This document shows, piece by piece, positions 26,037 through 39,373 of a stretch of 64,000 nt of DNA (the first letter of the stretch is position 1; each line of letters begins with the position of its first letter). Below the pieces are notes generated by a model. It was not told where the DNA came from. It ran no database searches and saw only the letters and a program-made list of their open reading frames with translations. Both the position numbers and the translations under genes were made by a program. The DNA is from Octopus vulgaris. Lineage: Eukaryota. The stretch is taken from NCBI GenBank assembly GCA_951406725.2, contig OX597828.1, positions 55,614,001 to 55,678,000 of the forward strand, given 5' to 3'.

Positions 26037-26431
26037 CAACAGCAAAATTAAGGAACGGCCATAATAGGCCGTTCAACCCACTAGAAATAGCAGCCAAGGC
26101 TTCAACCGCAAAAAAATATTAATTCCGTAATTTTAGGTCAGATATAGCCGAGACAGTAGTGGTGCTGCCTCGTGTAAATATCTCTCCCGTCTGGCTTTCT
26201 TTACTGATGAATCTGTTAGCCTATGGAGGATTAGTTTGATTTAATTTAATCAGGCTGATTTACCATTAAAAAATAGATGAAACGATGCATTGTATAAAGT
26301 ATAACAGGGTAAATGTTTTTAAAATTTTCTCCTTGTTTACGGAATTAATATTTTTTTTGTGGTTGAAGCCTTGGCTGCTATTTCTAGTGGATTGAACGGC
26401 CTATTATGGCCGTTCCTTAATTTTGCTGTTG
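26037..26431. mobile_element. Fold-back PLE terminal structure: ~94-bp inverted arms enclosing an HHR
   Basis: Arms 26037-26130 and 26337-26431 are near-perfect reverse complements. Confidence 0.85.
26199..26299 (+). ncRNA. Type I hammerhead ribozyme with canonical core and extended stem II
   Basis: CTTTA-CTGATGA-ATCTGTT…AATAGAT-GAAAC-GATGCATT-GTA-TAAAG; stem I CTTTA/TAAAG; quasi-palindromic stem III; predicted cleavage after 26294. Confidence 0.85.
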
Positions 26432-26558
26432 AATTTATTAATAGTCTCTGACTATTTCCTTTTTCCCACTAGACCGCTGGTGGCAAATAATTTCTGCTGA
26501 ATTTTTTGCTACCCTATATTGATTAATTATATATATATACATATACATATACGTGTGC

Positions 26559-26628
<70 letters not shown>

Positions 26629-27510
26629 AAGTACGTATGTCTATATATGTGTGTATGCATATGCACCCATGTATATGTATGTGGGTGCGAGTGTACGTAT
26701 GTCATTATACCCTCTTTGCTCCTCTCTCATTCCTACCTATCACATCAACCTATCAGAAGTCTATTTAAAAATTTTTGACATCATTGTATTCTTCTCTCCA
26801 CTTTAAATTTTACTACTAAAACTACTACTTATTTTGTATCTAATATATACCTTTTCTGTAACCATCCCTTAATACAGACTTATCATATCTACCCACATAC
26901 CTCACATATCTCACACACATTCACTCCTTACCTTGTAACCTCTTCTATCCCCCACTCCCCTCCTACTCTCCTCCTCACATTTCTTGACCACCACTTAACA
27001 TTCTTTTTCTCACCTCTGTCACCCTTTTTTCACCCTTTTCACTTATTTTCTCTCTCTCTCCCTCTCTTCTTTTTTCCCTCCTTTTATAACCATTACTCTT
27101 TTATCTTTTTTTCCTTATTCTCTCTTTCTTCCTCTCATTTTCTTTTCTTCTCTTCATTTTGACCTAGATCCTCATTCTATCATAAAACCCAAGCCATCCA
27201 CAAATAAATACCACCAATACATTCTCAAATTTTTATTCACACCCAAAACCCCTCGAATGGGCGACACAGAATCCACGACTGCATAGTTCGAAATGACTAA
27301 ACACGAACTACTATCGGAACATATATACCATGTGCAGGAAACTTTTTTACCACTTCTATACACAACTTTACTCGAATAATGAAACTGCAACTACAATATT
27401 TTATATGTTATTTCTACTTTCATTCTCTTATTTCCCTCTATTTTCCCTATCTCCTCATTTTCTATAATAATTCTTTATTTTGAACTGAATCATTTAACTC
27501 TCTCACATCG

Positions 27511-27556
27511 TCTCTGATGAAGGAATATCCATAATAGGACAGAAACAGCTGTAAGA
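27511..27556 (+). ncRNA. Minimal hammerhead ribozyme motif (PLE type), imperfect stem II
   Basis: TCT-CTGATGA-AGGAATATCCATAATAGGACA-GAAAC-AGCT-GTA-AGA; palindromic ACAGCTGT stem III. Confidence 0.7.
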
Positions 27557-27623
27557 TTATATTCGTTTCCTTATAAATGTCCTGAAAACTCCTCACAGCC
27601 TTGGCTTTATCTGTTTTTGCCTG

Positions 27624-27678
<55 letters not shown>

Positions 27679-27811
27679 GGCTCATAAAAGACCCACATTA
27701 AACATCTCACTCGTATCACGATCAAACCGAGAGTTTAACTGTGGCCTGTCCTTACTTAGCGCTTACTTAGCATTACTTGCCAGTCTTTGCGTCTTCTAGA
27801 TACCAATACCT

Positions 27812-27881
<70 letters not shown>

Positions 27882-28310
27882 AGCGTGTGTGTATGTTTGA
27901 GTGTCTCCATCTTTCTATGTATATGTATATCTATCTATCTATCTATCTACACATACACACAATCACACCCACTCACACACATACAGACGCCAGCAACAAT
28001 GTGATAGCTGAAGATCTTTCATATTACGATCTAACGGCCTATGGCAAACTTTTAATGGAGGAGCGACGAGTAAAATACACTCACTATAGATTGTCGCCAT
28101 TCTTTGCTACCGTTGACAGCAAATATGTATCCCGTAGCACTGACAAGTCTACACAATAGAGACATATATCTTTAATAGAGATTGACAGATATATATTCAC
28201 ACACACACACAACCACACACACACAGAAATGCACACACACAGAAATGCGCACACACAAACATGCACATATACAAATATGCATATATATGGAATTTCAGCA
28301 ACCACCGTCT

Positions 28311-28430
<120 letters not shown>

Positions 28431-28699
28431 TAGATAGATGCGTATGTATATGCAGGCACAAACACACATACAGACGTGGGCACATACACTCACACACACA
28501 CACACACGCACACGTACATATGGATACATATATCGACAATGTATCATATATCCGGGAAAGAAGCGCAGTCTAAATTACAGCCCAGTAATGTAGTTATATG
28601 CAGTTAAGTCTATGTTTGCTCATAGAGTGACAAATGCTTTCACATCTACAAAAAACTTAGGCCCATGGACATCTCGTCAGACACTAAAGCTGGAGGCAC

Positions 28700-28828
28700 T
28701 GCTTATCAACCACATGGTTCCGGGTTCAGTCCCACTGCCTGGCACCTTGGGCAAGTGTCTTCTACTTAAGCCTCGGGCCGACCAAAGGCTTGTGAGTGGA
28801 TTTGGTAGAACTAAACTGAAAGTCGCCA

Positions 28829-28873
<45 letters not shown>

Positions 28874-29007
28874 ATGTGGTTGTGTATCTGCGTTTGCCCC
28901 CTCCCCCAACATCGCTTGACAACCGATGCTCGTGTGTTTACGTCCCGCTCGACTAAAGGCGGTGCTCCAGCATGGCGGCAGTCAAATGACTGAAGCGAAT
29001 AAAGGAA
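28700..29007 (+). mobile_element. SINE family D with internal (TA)n and an internal deletion
   Basis: ccacatggttccgggttcagtcccactg…ggcaccttgggcaagtgtcttc…gactaaaggcggtgctccagcatgg. Confidence 0.85.
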
Positions 29008-29045
29008 TATATATATATATATATGTGTCTGTATATATATATATA

Positions 29046-29130
<85 letters not shown>

Positions 29131-29139
29131 ATATATATA

Positions 29140-29184
<45 letters not shown>

Positions 29185-29227
29185 GTATGTGTTATGTATG
29201 TATTGAGTATGTATGTATATATATATA

Positions 29228-29268
<41 letters not shown>

Positions 29269-29310
29269 GTATGTGTTATGTACGTATTGAATATGTATGT
29301 ATATATGTAT

Positions 29311-29450
29311 AGCTGAAATTTACAGAAAAATAAAAGACGAAGATAGGTGTATAAATAACATAAATGACGCTGGGGAAGATGAGAAAGTCTTTTAGGTTTC
29401 GAGCCTACGCTCTTAATCAGAAATGAACAGGAGGAAATAAACGGCGAGTG
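29311..29450 (-). mobile_element. Diverged relative of the 185-bp PLE-HHR element, copy 4
   Basis: Minus strand TTT-CTGATTA-A-GAGCGTAGGCTC-GAAAC-CTA-AAAG; follows a (TA)n-rich tract. Confidence 0.65.
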
Positions 29451-29677
29451 TATAAAATATACATATGTATGTGTGTGTATGTGAGTATGTGCGCTATTGT
29501 GTGTGTGTGTGTGCGTGTAAGATCTATGATACTGTATGCAGAGCTGGTTTTGTTTCGTCCCTATTATTATATGCTTTGATTAATCGTAAACCCATATACA
29601 TATATTTATAAATGTGTGTTCATGCGCTCGTATATTAGTGTGTGTTCATGTGCGTGCCAGTGCACGTTTATAAATAT

Positions 29678-29710
<33 letters not shown>

Positions 29711-29711
<1 letters not shown>

Positions 29712-30107
29712 CTCTTTTGCTTGTTTCAGTCATTTAACTGATGTCATGCTGGAGCACCGCCTTTTAGTCGAGCAAATGAACCCTAGGACTTATTCTTTGT
29801 AAGCCTAGTACTTATTCTATCGGTCTCTTTGAGGAATCGCTAAATTACGTGGATGTAAACACACCAACATCGGTTGTTAAGTGATGTTGGGGGAGGGATA
29901 GCAAACACACACACACACACACATATATATACATATACATATATACGTCAGGCTTCTTTCAGTTTCTGTCTACGAAATCCACTCACAAGGCTTTAGTAAG
30001 CCCGAGGCTATAGTAAAAGACACTTTGCCCAAGTTGCCACGCAGTGGGACTGAACCGTGAACCATGTGGTTGGTAAGCAAGCTACTTACAACACAGCCAC
30101 TCCTGCG

Positions 30108-30110
<3 letters not shown>
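29711..30110 (-). mobile_element. SINE family D, full length, with internal microsatellite, inserted in (TA)n
   Basis: Head ggcgcaggagtggctgtg…ggttcagtccc, CORE-like cttgggcaa.gtgtct, internal (TG)/(TA), conserved tail. Confidence 0.9.
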
Positions 30111-30152
<42 letters not shown>

Positions 30153-30349
30153 ATATAAGGTATCTACCGTTCATACAAAAGGCTTTCCGATATAGTGACG
30201 GAAGAGAGAACATCTTGCCATGCCAGTGCATATCTCTCGTAGGATATCTGTGAGAAAAAATAATCTACGATGTATATTTCAATCATTTTCCAAGAATAGT
30301 TCTGAAATGGCGCGAATATAAATTGCTTGCTAGAAAAATTAGAAACCTC

Positions 30350-30399
<50 letters not shown>

Positions 30400-30821
30400 G
30401 AACTCTACATCCTGTTGCAGTACTATTGATAACATACATGGCATTGTAAACACCTAATATGTATTATTATAAATGCTCTCAATATTTGGTCAAGAATGTA
30501 TATAATAATTGAGAGTAATAAACAACTGCAGTTAGACACCGGATTATCTCACGCACAATTGCACATGCGCGTACTGTTGAGCGTGGAAGTGAGTGTGTGT
30601 GTGTGGGTGTGGGTGTGTGTGTGCTGTTATGCGATATTGAGATTTAATTAGTCATAGACGAATTTCCTTTTCAAATTTACCATTTCTCAACTTCTCACTG
30701 TCTGTCTCACACACATGCGTATATATACATGAATGCATCCATCCATCCATCTATCCGTCCGTCCGTTCATCCATCCATCCATCCATCCATCTATCAATGC
30801 ATGCATAAATGCATACATACA

Positions 30822-30855
<34 letters not shown>

Positions 30856-31370
30856 CATATACATGTATACGGACTTCGTTTTTGTCATTCGAATGTGCAT
30901 GCTCACACGTGAGTGTGCGTTTCATCTTTATTGATAAATAAAAAAAATATACGTAAGATCAATTTAATTTTGTGTCATATAAACACATTTGTATGTATAA
31001 CTATAACATAAAAACCATACTCAAGCATACATATTACATATATATATATATATATATGTATTGACATAAACACACATGTTTCGTGTAGCACACAATTAAT
31101 CAGACGCATATTTTTAATACATCTATAATGATGTTATATATTGAAGGAATATGAAATAAAATCTTTTTTGCTCTTTTCCTCATTCCCGTCATTTCTATTC
31201 TTTCAGAAAATATTTCTAGCGCGCATGCGCATACACAAACTAACACACTGGCTCATGGAAATACACATGAATAAACATGAACACAAACACAGCGAGCTAA
31301 GACCGGATAATCCAATGAAACCATATCCACCAACGGCCTATTGACATACAAAGAAATATTTTAATCAATA

Positions 31371-31417
<47 letters not shown>

Positions 31418-31612
31418 GCAGTATGTCAAACCGATCACGCGCGCACACACATACACACACTGTCAAACACGTAATCACAGGCACACGAACACGCGCACAT
31501 GCTCTAGCACCCACCCCGCCGCTCATGCGCACAACTAGGCACACGCATAAACAGATTTTGTCTTTATTAATTTTAAGCATAAATCCATACATACACACAC
31601 ACAAACACACAC

Positions 31613-31666
<54 letters not shown>

Positions 31667-32377
31667 GCATACACATGAAAATGCACTCATATATATATAT
31701 ACATATATATATACATTCATAATGCACACATATGTAGACATATATGTGTGTATGTATACATATATTCATATATGTGTGTGTGTGTGTGTGTCTTTACACA
31801 TATGCGTGTTTGTCTAAACAAATATATATGTATATATAATTACACACACACACAAGTATATATACCATAAAGTTATATATACATACACACACATGAGAAT
31901 GCACTCATATATATACATATATGTGTGTGTGTGTATACATATATTCATATAGATGTGTGTGTGTGTCTTTATACATATGCGTGTTTGCGTAAACAAATAT
32001 ATATATGTATATATATTTACACACACACACGCACGTGCATACACACACACACACACACACGCACACACACACACATACACATATACTAGATACACAGCTC
32101 TCTCATTTTTCCTCTCTAATGATTTTTGCCAACTATTTTTTCATTGAATAAATCGGGTGACATTCGAATAGAAATAGGAAAAATATATATATATATATAA
32201 AAAGAACAACAAAGAAAATAAAAAAGCAAATTATTGAAAAAAATGAAGAGAAGAAAGAAAATGAACGATAAGGAGAAAAATCAACAAGAACATCCTAACA
32301 CATAAGCATATACTCGGACAAAACATACACACACACATACATACATGTGCATACAAATATAAAATAAAAACTATATA

Positions 32378-32413
<36 letters not shown>

Positions 32414-32773
32414 TGTGTCTGTGTGTGTTCGTGTGTGTGTTCGTAGAGCGTCGAAAATTGTGGGAAGAAATATGATAGGAAAATGTATAGAGCTTGTTAT
32501 GAATGATATACGCCTCCAGTCTTAAACAAAATGGTTTAATGAAAATTCGATTGTTCAACCCTGGTAACTGGACGTACGATTTCTTTCTTTCTCTGTCTGT
32601 CTGTCTGTCTCTCTCTCTCTGTCTAGTCATATGTGTGTTTGTATGTGTATTGATATAAGTACATATGCATGCATATATGTGTACATATGTATGTGTGTAC
32701 ATATGCACAGTGAAGTAAACATATTAATATATGAATATTATTATCCAACTTCACTTAAATGGATGCGAACACA

Positions 32774-32815
<42 letters not shown>

Positions 32816-33967
32816 AATAGCATGTCCTCGAGTATTTTCTATTGATAGAACGCCATTGTATTTTTTCTTATTAATTATATGTACCAAAAGGGGAAAGAAA
32901 GCCGGATTCTTACAAAATAACTTAACACATTTAATCCGGTACTACACTGTATGTTAACCCCAAGTGTTTAGGATCTGTTTAGAGTATAAATAAAGTAATT
33001 AGAATGACACTTCAGTTAAAAGAATAATGTATGTCCAGTACGCACACGAATTTATTTGCTGATGTGTATGTTCAATAGATATGTTTTAATGCTATACCTG
33101 TCTATGGAATATTCAGCCAGTCCTTACCCCCATACACCGCGTTTACTTCACGAAGAGAATGCTGGTTAGTAGATCGAGTAAATTTTCATCGTTGACACCC
33201 ACGGAGAACCTACCACAGCTGAAGTAAGCTGGCTGACCTGAAGCTAAGTAAAAAGTATGTATCAGAAATGCATAAAGAGAGCCAGTGCGTCAGAAGAAAG
33301 TTTGCATCTCTTTGCATCTATGCCCTAGGTAAACCACCCTCTACCACCTCTCTTGCAAACATCTCTGTAGGCAGCCATCGGTTGGTTTCTCGATCTGTTC
33401 GAAAGAGGAACGAAACATCTCACAAATTATTCCGTCTTGTATTTAAAACTAAGGACACACTAGATATTTTAGTCATACTGAATACTATGTGAATATGTTG
33501 CAAAAGGCTGAAATATCGATAATCATGGGTTTGCTCCGTCAGAAATGACTGGAGGTTAAAAAACAACAATAACAAATATTAAATAAATAGGGATATAACG
33601 TTTATAAAGACGATCCAACTAGATGAATCGTGTATAGGCATCTGACCTGTGATATCTTCTTTATACGGCATATTGTTTTGAAAACAGGAAGCGAATTCAT
33701 TGAGTAATGTAGTTCCAGACATTCATAATACGTGGTCGACCATCTTTGATCAACGTCTGCGCAATCAAAACTGACTTAATTTGTCTTACATTTAACATTT
33801 AACATTGCCCTTTGGTAACTTGAACGGAGCCCACTTTGTTACAGGCGTTTGGGTCACGTTTTCGGTGTGAGATTAACTTCATCTAATCAGATTCGGTACT
33901 CATGGACAGGACTAGGGGAGCTGCATTTTCTCATGTCAAACCATAAAACAAAGAACAACAACACTAG

Positions 33968-34390
33968 CAGTTGTTGGATTGAACTGTTCGATCGAGCGGT
34001 AGTTCGACCAAGAGGACGGCGAGCTAGCAGAATCGTTAAGACGCCGGGCGAAATGCTTAGCGCTATTTCGTCTGCCGCTACGTTCTGAGTTCAAATTCCG
34101 CCGAGGTCGACTTTGCCTTTCATCCTTTCGGGGTCGATTAAATAAGTACCAGTTCCGCACTGGCGTCGATATAATCGACTTAATCCGTTTGTCAGTCCTT
34201 GTTTGTCCCCTCTGGGCAGTAAAAAAATAGGTAGTTCGACCAAGCAGTTGTTCAACTTACCAGTTGTTCACACTAAAGGTTGTTCGACCTTGATGACGTT
34301 CGACCAAGCGCTTGTTCGACCAAGTGTTTGTTCGACCTAGCAATTTTACTATCAAGTGGCTGTTCACTTTAAAGGTTATTCGAACGTTCT
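33968..34390. repeat. 16-bp minisatellite (consensus approx. GTTGTTCGACCAAGCA) interrupted by a SINE
   Basis: Units gttgttcaacttacca, gttgttcgaccttgat, gacgttcgaccaagcg, cttgttcgaccaagtg, tttgttcgacctagca etc. Confidence 0.8.
34013..34229 (+). mobile_element. SINE family A with 15-bp TSD
   Basis: TSD GGTAGTTCGACCAAG at 33998-34012 and 34230-34244. Confidence 0.92.
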
Positions 34391-34886
34391 AATAATTTCC
34401 ATTTAGTATTATAAGTCGCTGAGTATTCTGCACATATGTGAATCGTATCTCATTCTCTGGTAAAACTCAGCATGACATAATGCGTGTCAAGGCTGAAAGT
34501 TTGAATTGCATTTACAGGCCTTCCGACTGGCAAAAATACTATTAATCCAAAAGGCAGAATTTTCGTGCCCCCAAGAGTTGAGTGGGCCCACAACTTCAGT
34601 ATGGGGAACTAACTCAAAATACCATTTATTCAGATCGAAACCAACTGCTTGGGGAAATTTCTTCACTACATGACCATCCTTCCAGAAACATATATGTATA
34701 TACACATATGCGTGTAGACACACAAAAACAAATACACAGACAACCAGGTTTATACATACACATATTTAGAGCTATAAAAAGCTTGTCGATAAGTTTTTAA
34801 TAGATTATCGATTATATTATAAGGAAAGGATGTACAATACTATGAAATTGATTAAATATATATAGATTTTGTATGTTTGTCTGAAC

Positions 34887-34917
<31 letters not shown>

Positions 34918-35231
34918 CACGCACATATGTGTGTGTATCACGCTATTGTAGTCTCTCGTAGACTTGAAAAAGACAGTTCTGAAATTTCTTATTGAACTGC
35001 CTACACAAATGATTTATTTATGTCGATCAAATATTTGTGCTAGATGTTACCTCCTTCCAGCAAATCGACATTTGTCTACACATGTGCCTGATGTCCCACA
35101 CCCCAGGTGTCCAAATAATCGCAGAGCAATGCTTGATGAAGTGATTTGCTCAAGAACACACCACCTGGTCCAGGAATTGAAACTACGATCTCGTTATTGT
35201 GACAGCAGCACAGCAGCACACTATCCACGCG

Positions 35232-35269
<38 letters not shown>

Positions 35270-35272
<3 letters not shown>

Positions 35273-35730
35273 TTCTTTACTACCTACAAGGGGCTAAACA
35301 CAGAGGGGACAAACAAGGACAGACAAACGGATTAAGTCGATTACATCGACCCCAGTGCGTAACTGGTACTTAATCTATCGACCTCGAATGGATGAAAGGC
35401 AAAGTCGACCCCGGCGGGATTTGAACTCAGAACATTAAGTCCAGAGAAATGCCGCGAAGCATTTGTTTAAGTGCGTTAGCGTTTCTGACAGCTCACTGCC
35501 TTAGCTAACTGACACATTGGTTTTGTATTTTGGTACAAAGCTAGCAGTTACAGGGGTGAGTTTAAGTCAGTTACATCGACACATCTGCTCAACTGATACT
35601 TATTTTATTGACCCCCGAAAGGATGAAAAGTAAAATTGACCTTTTCGAATTTGAACTCAGAACGTAGAGACAGACGAATTGCCCCTAAGCATTTTGCCGG
35701 CGTGTTAACGTTTCTGGCAGCTCTCTGCCA
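35270..35730 (-). mobile_element. Two tandem SINE family A copies
   Basis: Family A core at ~35340-35430 and ~35575-35665. Confidence 0.85.
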
Positions 35731-35752
35731 TAACTCACTGAATATCAATATT

Positions 35753-36148
35753 CTTTTCTATTCTGAACACAACACCCGAAATTTTTTGGGAAGGGTCAGA
35801 CGATTAGATCGACCCATACGCAACTAGTACTTAATTTATTGACCCCGAAAAGATGGAAAGCAACGTCGACCTCGGCGGAATTTGAACTCAGAACGTAAAG
35901 ATAGGCGAAATACCTATTTCTTTACTACCCACAAGGGTCTAAACGCAGAGAGGACAAACAAGGACAGAGAAACGGATGAAGTCGATTATATCGACGCCAG
36001 TGCGTAACTGGTACTTATTTAATCGACCTCGAAAGGATGAAAGGCAAAGTCGACCTCGGCGGAATTTGAACTCAGAACGTAGCGGTAGACGAAATACGGC
36101 TACGCATTTTTTCCCGGCGTGCTAACGTTTCTGCCATCTCGTCGCCTT
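35753..36148 (-). mobile_element. Dimeric SINE family A with 18-bp TSD
   Basis: Same dimer layout as 10775-11176; TCACTGAATATCAATATT (35735-35752) vs TCACTGAATATGGATATT (36149-36166). Confidence 0.88.
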
Positions 36149-36739
36149 TCACTGAATATGGATATTGTTTTGTATCTTTGTTTACTTGTGATTTCCAAAA
36201 TTTAATGAAAAGTATTGAAGAGATATCTAGAACTTTCAATACTAACTTAGTCGTTGTTCATTGCCTGTTTATGAAGCTTTATGCGTTGATGATTGAACAA
36301 TCAATGTAACATCACGAGACATTTTCATTTCATCAGAAGACCACCTTATGTTGCCTCGTTCTGACAATGCGGCAACATGGCTAAAGTACAGCATGGTAAT
36401 ACATCAATATAACTTGATTCATGTAACCTGAACGAATTAAAATATATCTGCCGCTAAAAATACACTCTTCATAGAATTGATAGAGTGCAGATCTTAAATT
36501 GTGTTTTCAGTATTGTTTCGTCGATCAATTATTAGTTGTATGTTGCTGAATCTCGTCTATATTTCCTGTACGATCGATTTAGTTTTCGTCGGTTTCGTCA
36601 TAAATCAGAAAAAAAATGTCCATATCATTCTTAGAACTTCGGATTCTTGTAGGATTGATATAGTTTGATGTTCAGCTTAGGCAGTAAAGCAGGAAAAATC
36701 ATGGGAATAAAGGTGTATTAAAGGTGTATTAAAGATTAA

Positions 36740-36960
36740 TTTCAAATATTGGTTGAAAGACAGCAATTCCAGGGAAGTGTAAGTCGATTACACTAGGCCT
36801 AGGATTCAACTAGTACTCATTTTATCGACCCAGAAAGAACAAAAAGCAAAGTGGAACTCGGCGGAATTTGTACTCAGCACGTAGAGATGGGTGAAATACT
36901 GCGAAACATTTAAAGACGGACATTGCTTTGTGTGCTAACGATTCTACCAGCTCGTCGCCT
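36740..36960 (-). mobile_element. SINE family A, degenerate
   Basis: ttttatcgacccagaaagaac…ctcggcggaatttgtactcag…ccagctcgtcgcct. Confidence 0.75.
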
Positions 36961-37884
36961 GAAGTTTTATTAAAGATTAAGACCGGAAGCTTAAAGGGAG
37001 GCTTTTTCCTGTGTCAGGGAGACTGGACCGTTGATACGTTCACTTTATATACTATATACACTTTTATTTCATTTCATCGTCATTTCCCTTTTTCTTTTCC
37101 CTCATCTTTTTATATGCCCCCCCCCCAACGCCAATTGTGAAACACAATTTGTAATATTGCCGTCATGTATGTCCCTACGGCACATGAAATCCTTTTTCTC
37201 TTCGTCCTTTTCATCATCATTATCCTCCTTTTCATGATAACCAACATCAAGAGCAGCAGCAACAGCACCACCACCAAAATTTCAGGCCCTGCGCATACAG
37301 CAGAAAAGATTATGAATATTGTCTTCTGGAAGCCGTTTCATATTTTATACGGTGATCTCATGTGGCCAATAAAGTAAACAACAACAACAACAACAAAAAG
37401 CAACAATTATTAATGTCGTCTTAACCACTGTTACAATTATCAATGTTATTGTTGTTGTTATTGTAGTTGTCGTGTTGCTTCTGCTGCGTTTATTGTTGTT
37501 ATTGCTGTCAATCAGCTTCATGAAATCGGATGTGTACAACAGTCCATTGGAAGGATTGAATGCTATCAATAGACATTTACAGCACTTACAAGATTTACAA
37601 CAGAGACAGCTTTCACATCTTTATTAGCAACAGAGTGCAGGCGACGTTAAGATATCTACAAGTAATCCTACGCGGCTTGGCACAATGACCACTATGAGCA
37701 ATAGTGGCGAGGGCAAAGCTGCTTCTGTTGTAATTGTTTTTACGGTGATGACAAAAATGATGATGATGATATCAACGGCGACGATGATAATAAAGATAGT
37801 GAGGCGACGTTGATGATAGTCGTGTCTTGCATTTTTCATCGGAAATGTTGAGATGGCATTGCTGCTGCAGCCGTTGTTGTTGTT

Positions 37885-38023
37885 GTTAAGCAACAAGACG
37901 GGTAAGGGTGATTAGGTGATGGTCTAGGGCTTATGGGCGGGAGAGCCCAGACATTGCAAAAATAAAAAAAACTTAGGTTGTCTTGTTGTAGTCGAGGGCT
38001 CTTCGTTGACGCCCGACACCACT
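37885..38023 (-). mobile_element. Second copy of the (CAA)n-tailed retro-element end
   Basis: Reverse complement of 17862-18000. Confidence 0.7.
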
Positions 38024-39328
38024 AGCGGAATCTAAACTCAGAACGAAAAGACAGACGAAATAATACTAAGCAATTTTCCCGGCGTGCTTACGTTTCTGCC
38101 ATATTTGCCGCCTTCGGGTTGGGGTTAATATTAATGCTTTCATGTTGAAAGCTTGGAGGTGTGATTAAAAGAACTCACTTGATTATCCTGTGGTTTCTAG
38201 TTCAATCTTACAACATAACAACCTTCACAAGTGACTTTTCGCATAGCATCGGGTCAACTCAAGTGTTGTGAGTGTAAATGGACAGTAAAGGATTTGATTG
38301 GAGCCTACAGGAAGAGCTGTACTTATCTTTTCTTGCATGGTTCACCTAAATGTCCTCCACTTCCTTCCTTTTCCTTTTCTTCATTTTCTTTTTCCCACTC
38401 CGTGGTGCATAAAACATCGTTTCACTCTCGCCATGCTACTCTGTTCATGGCTACTATGCGCACGTGGTTCTGCGCCTCCCAACCCCCGGTCTGCCCTTCT
38501 TTTTCAACGGTTCTGTTCCTTCCTGGTTAGGAACTACGGCTCTTCCAATGAGTTTTACATTACACCGCCACTTTTACCCAGCTAAAAAAACACCATCATC
38601 ATGCTCTTGTACGTCTTTGATAGATTCTATTCTGCTCCAAGGACCCAGGCCAGGTTTCCGGTCGGTGGAAAACTCGAAACGATGTCCGTATTAATGGGCT
38701 GTTTTCTTCTAAAACAAGTCGGGTTTTTGCCCCAATCTTCACCTCACATGTTTCAGTAATCCTGCAAAGAAAAGGGAAAACAGGGGAACATGATGCTCTC
38801 CTCACATTAATTTCGACATTAAGCACAAACCAATACATTAACAAAATAACTATGGAAATATGAAAATAGGAACTGCATTATGTATGAGAGACGAATGATT
38901 GTGGACTATTGTTATTTAAAATGAGGAGATGTAATCGGCTGGTAATGAAAAGGAGTTTTAGGTGTATTTTATTCAGGGGAAGTATAACTAGGACTACGTT
39001 ATCTAATGTGTCTTGGCTGTTTAATAACTGAAAAGGTGTGATTTGAGAGAGTGTTAGCTGGTGTCCTTGGAAGTCCAACCACATAACGTGTTGAATAGTC
39101 AGCTACATGGTAAATACTTAATGTCAAGATATATTCGTCTCAGGAAATACAACAACAGCAGCAACAACAACAACAACAATAACTAAGACTAAATGTAAAA
39201 TTCAGTTCATGAAAACGCATAGTGCTATACATATAAAAGTACAGACACACACATACACACACATTCTTATATATCTTTTTTGCTTTTATATGTATACATT
39301 GTATGTATTGACATATAAGGATATATAT

Positions 39329-39373
<45 letters not shown>

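Noticed and set aside
33968-34390. CRISPR-like regularly spaced repeat
   Set aside because: Units are contiguous 16-mers without unique spacers, in a eukaryotic context with no cas genes
36315-36342. Minus-strand CTGATGA-AAT-GAAA; also isolated CTGATGA/CTGAAGA near 42677, 51172 and 51443
   Set aside because: No stem II or no GAAA/stem III partner; expected by chance
38540-38695. HHR 3' half (ctcGAAACGATGTCCGTA) with an upstream gagtttt/aaaactc stem
   Set aside because: No CUGANGA core or matching stem I upstream
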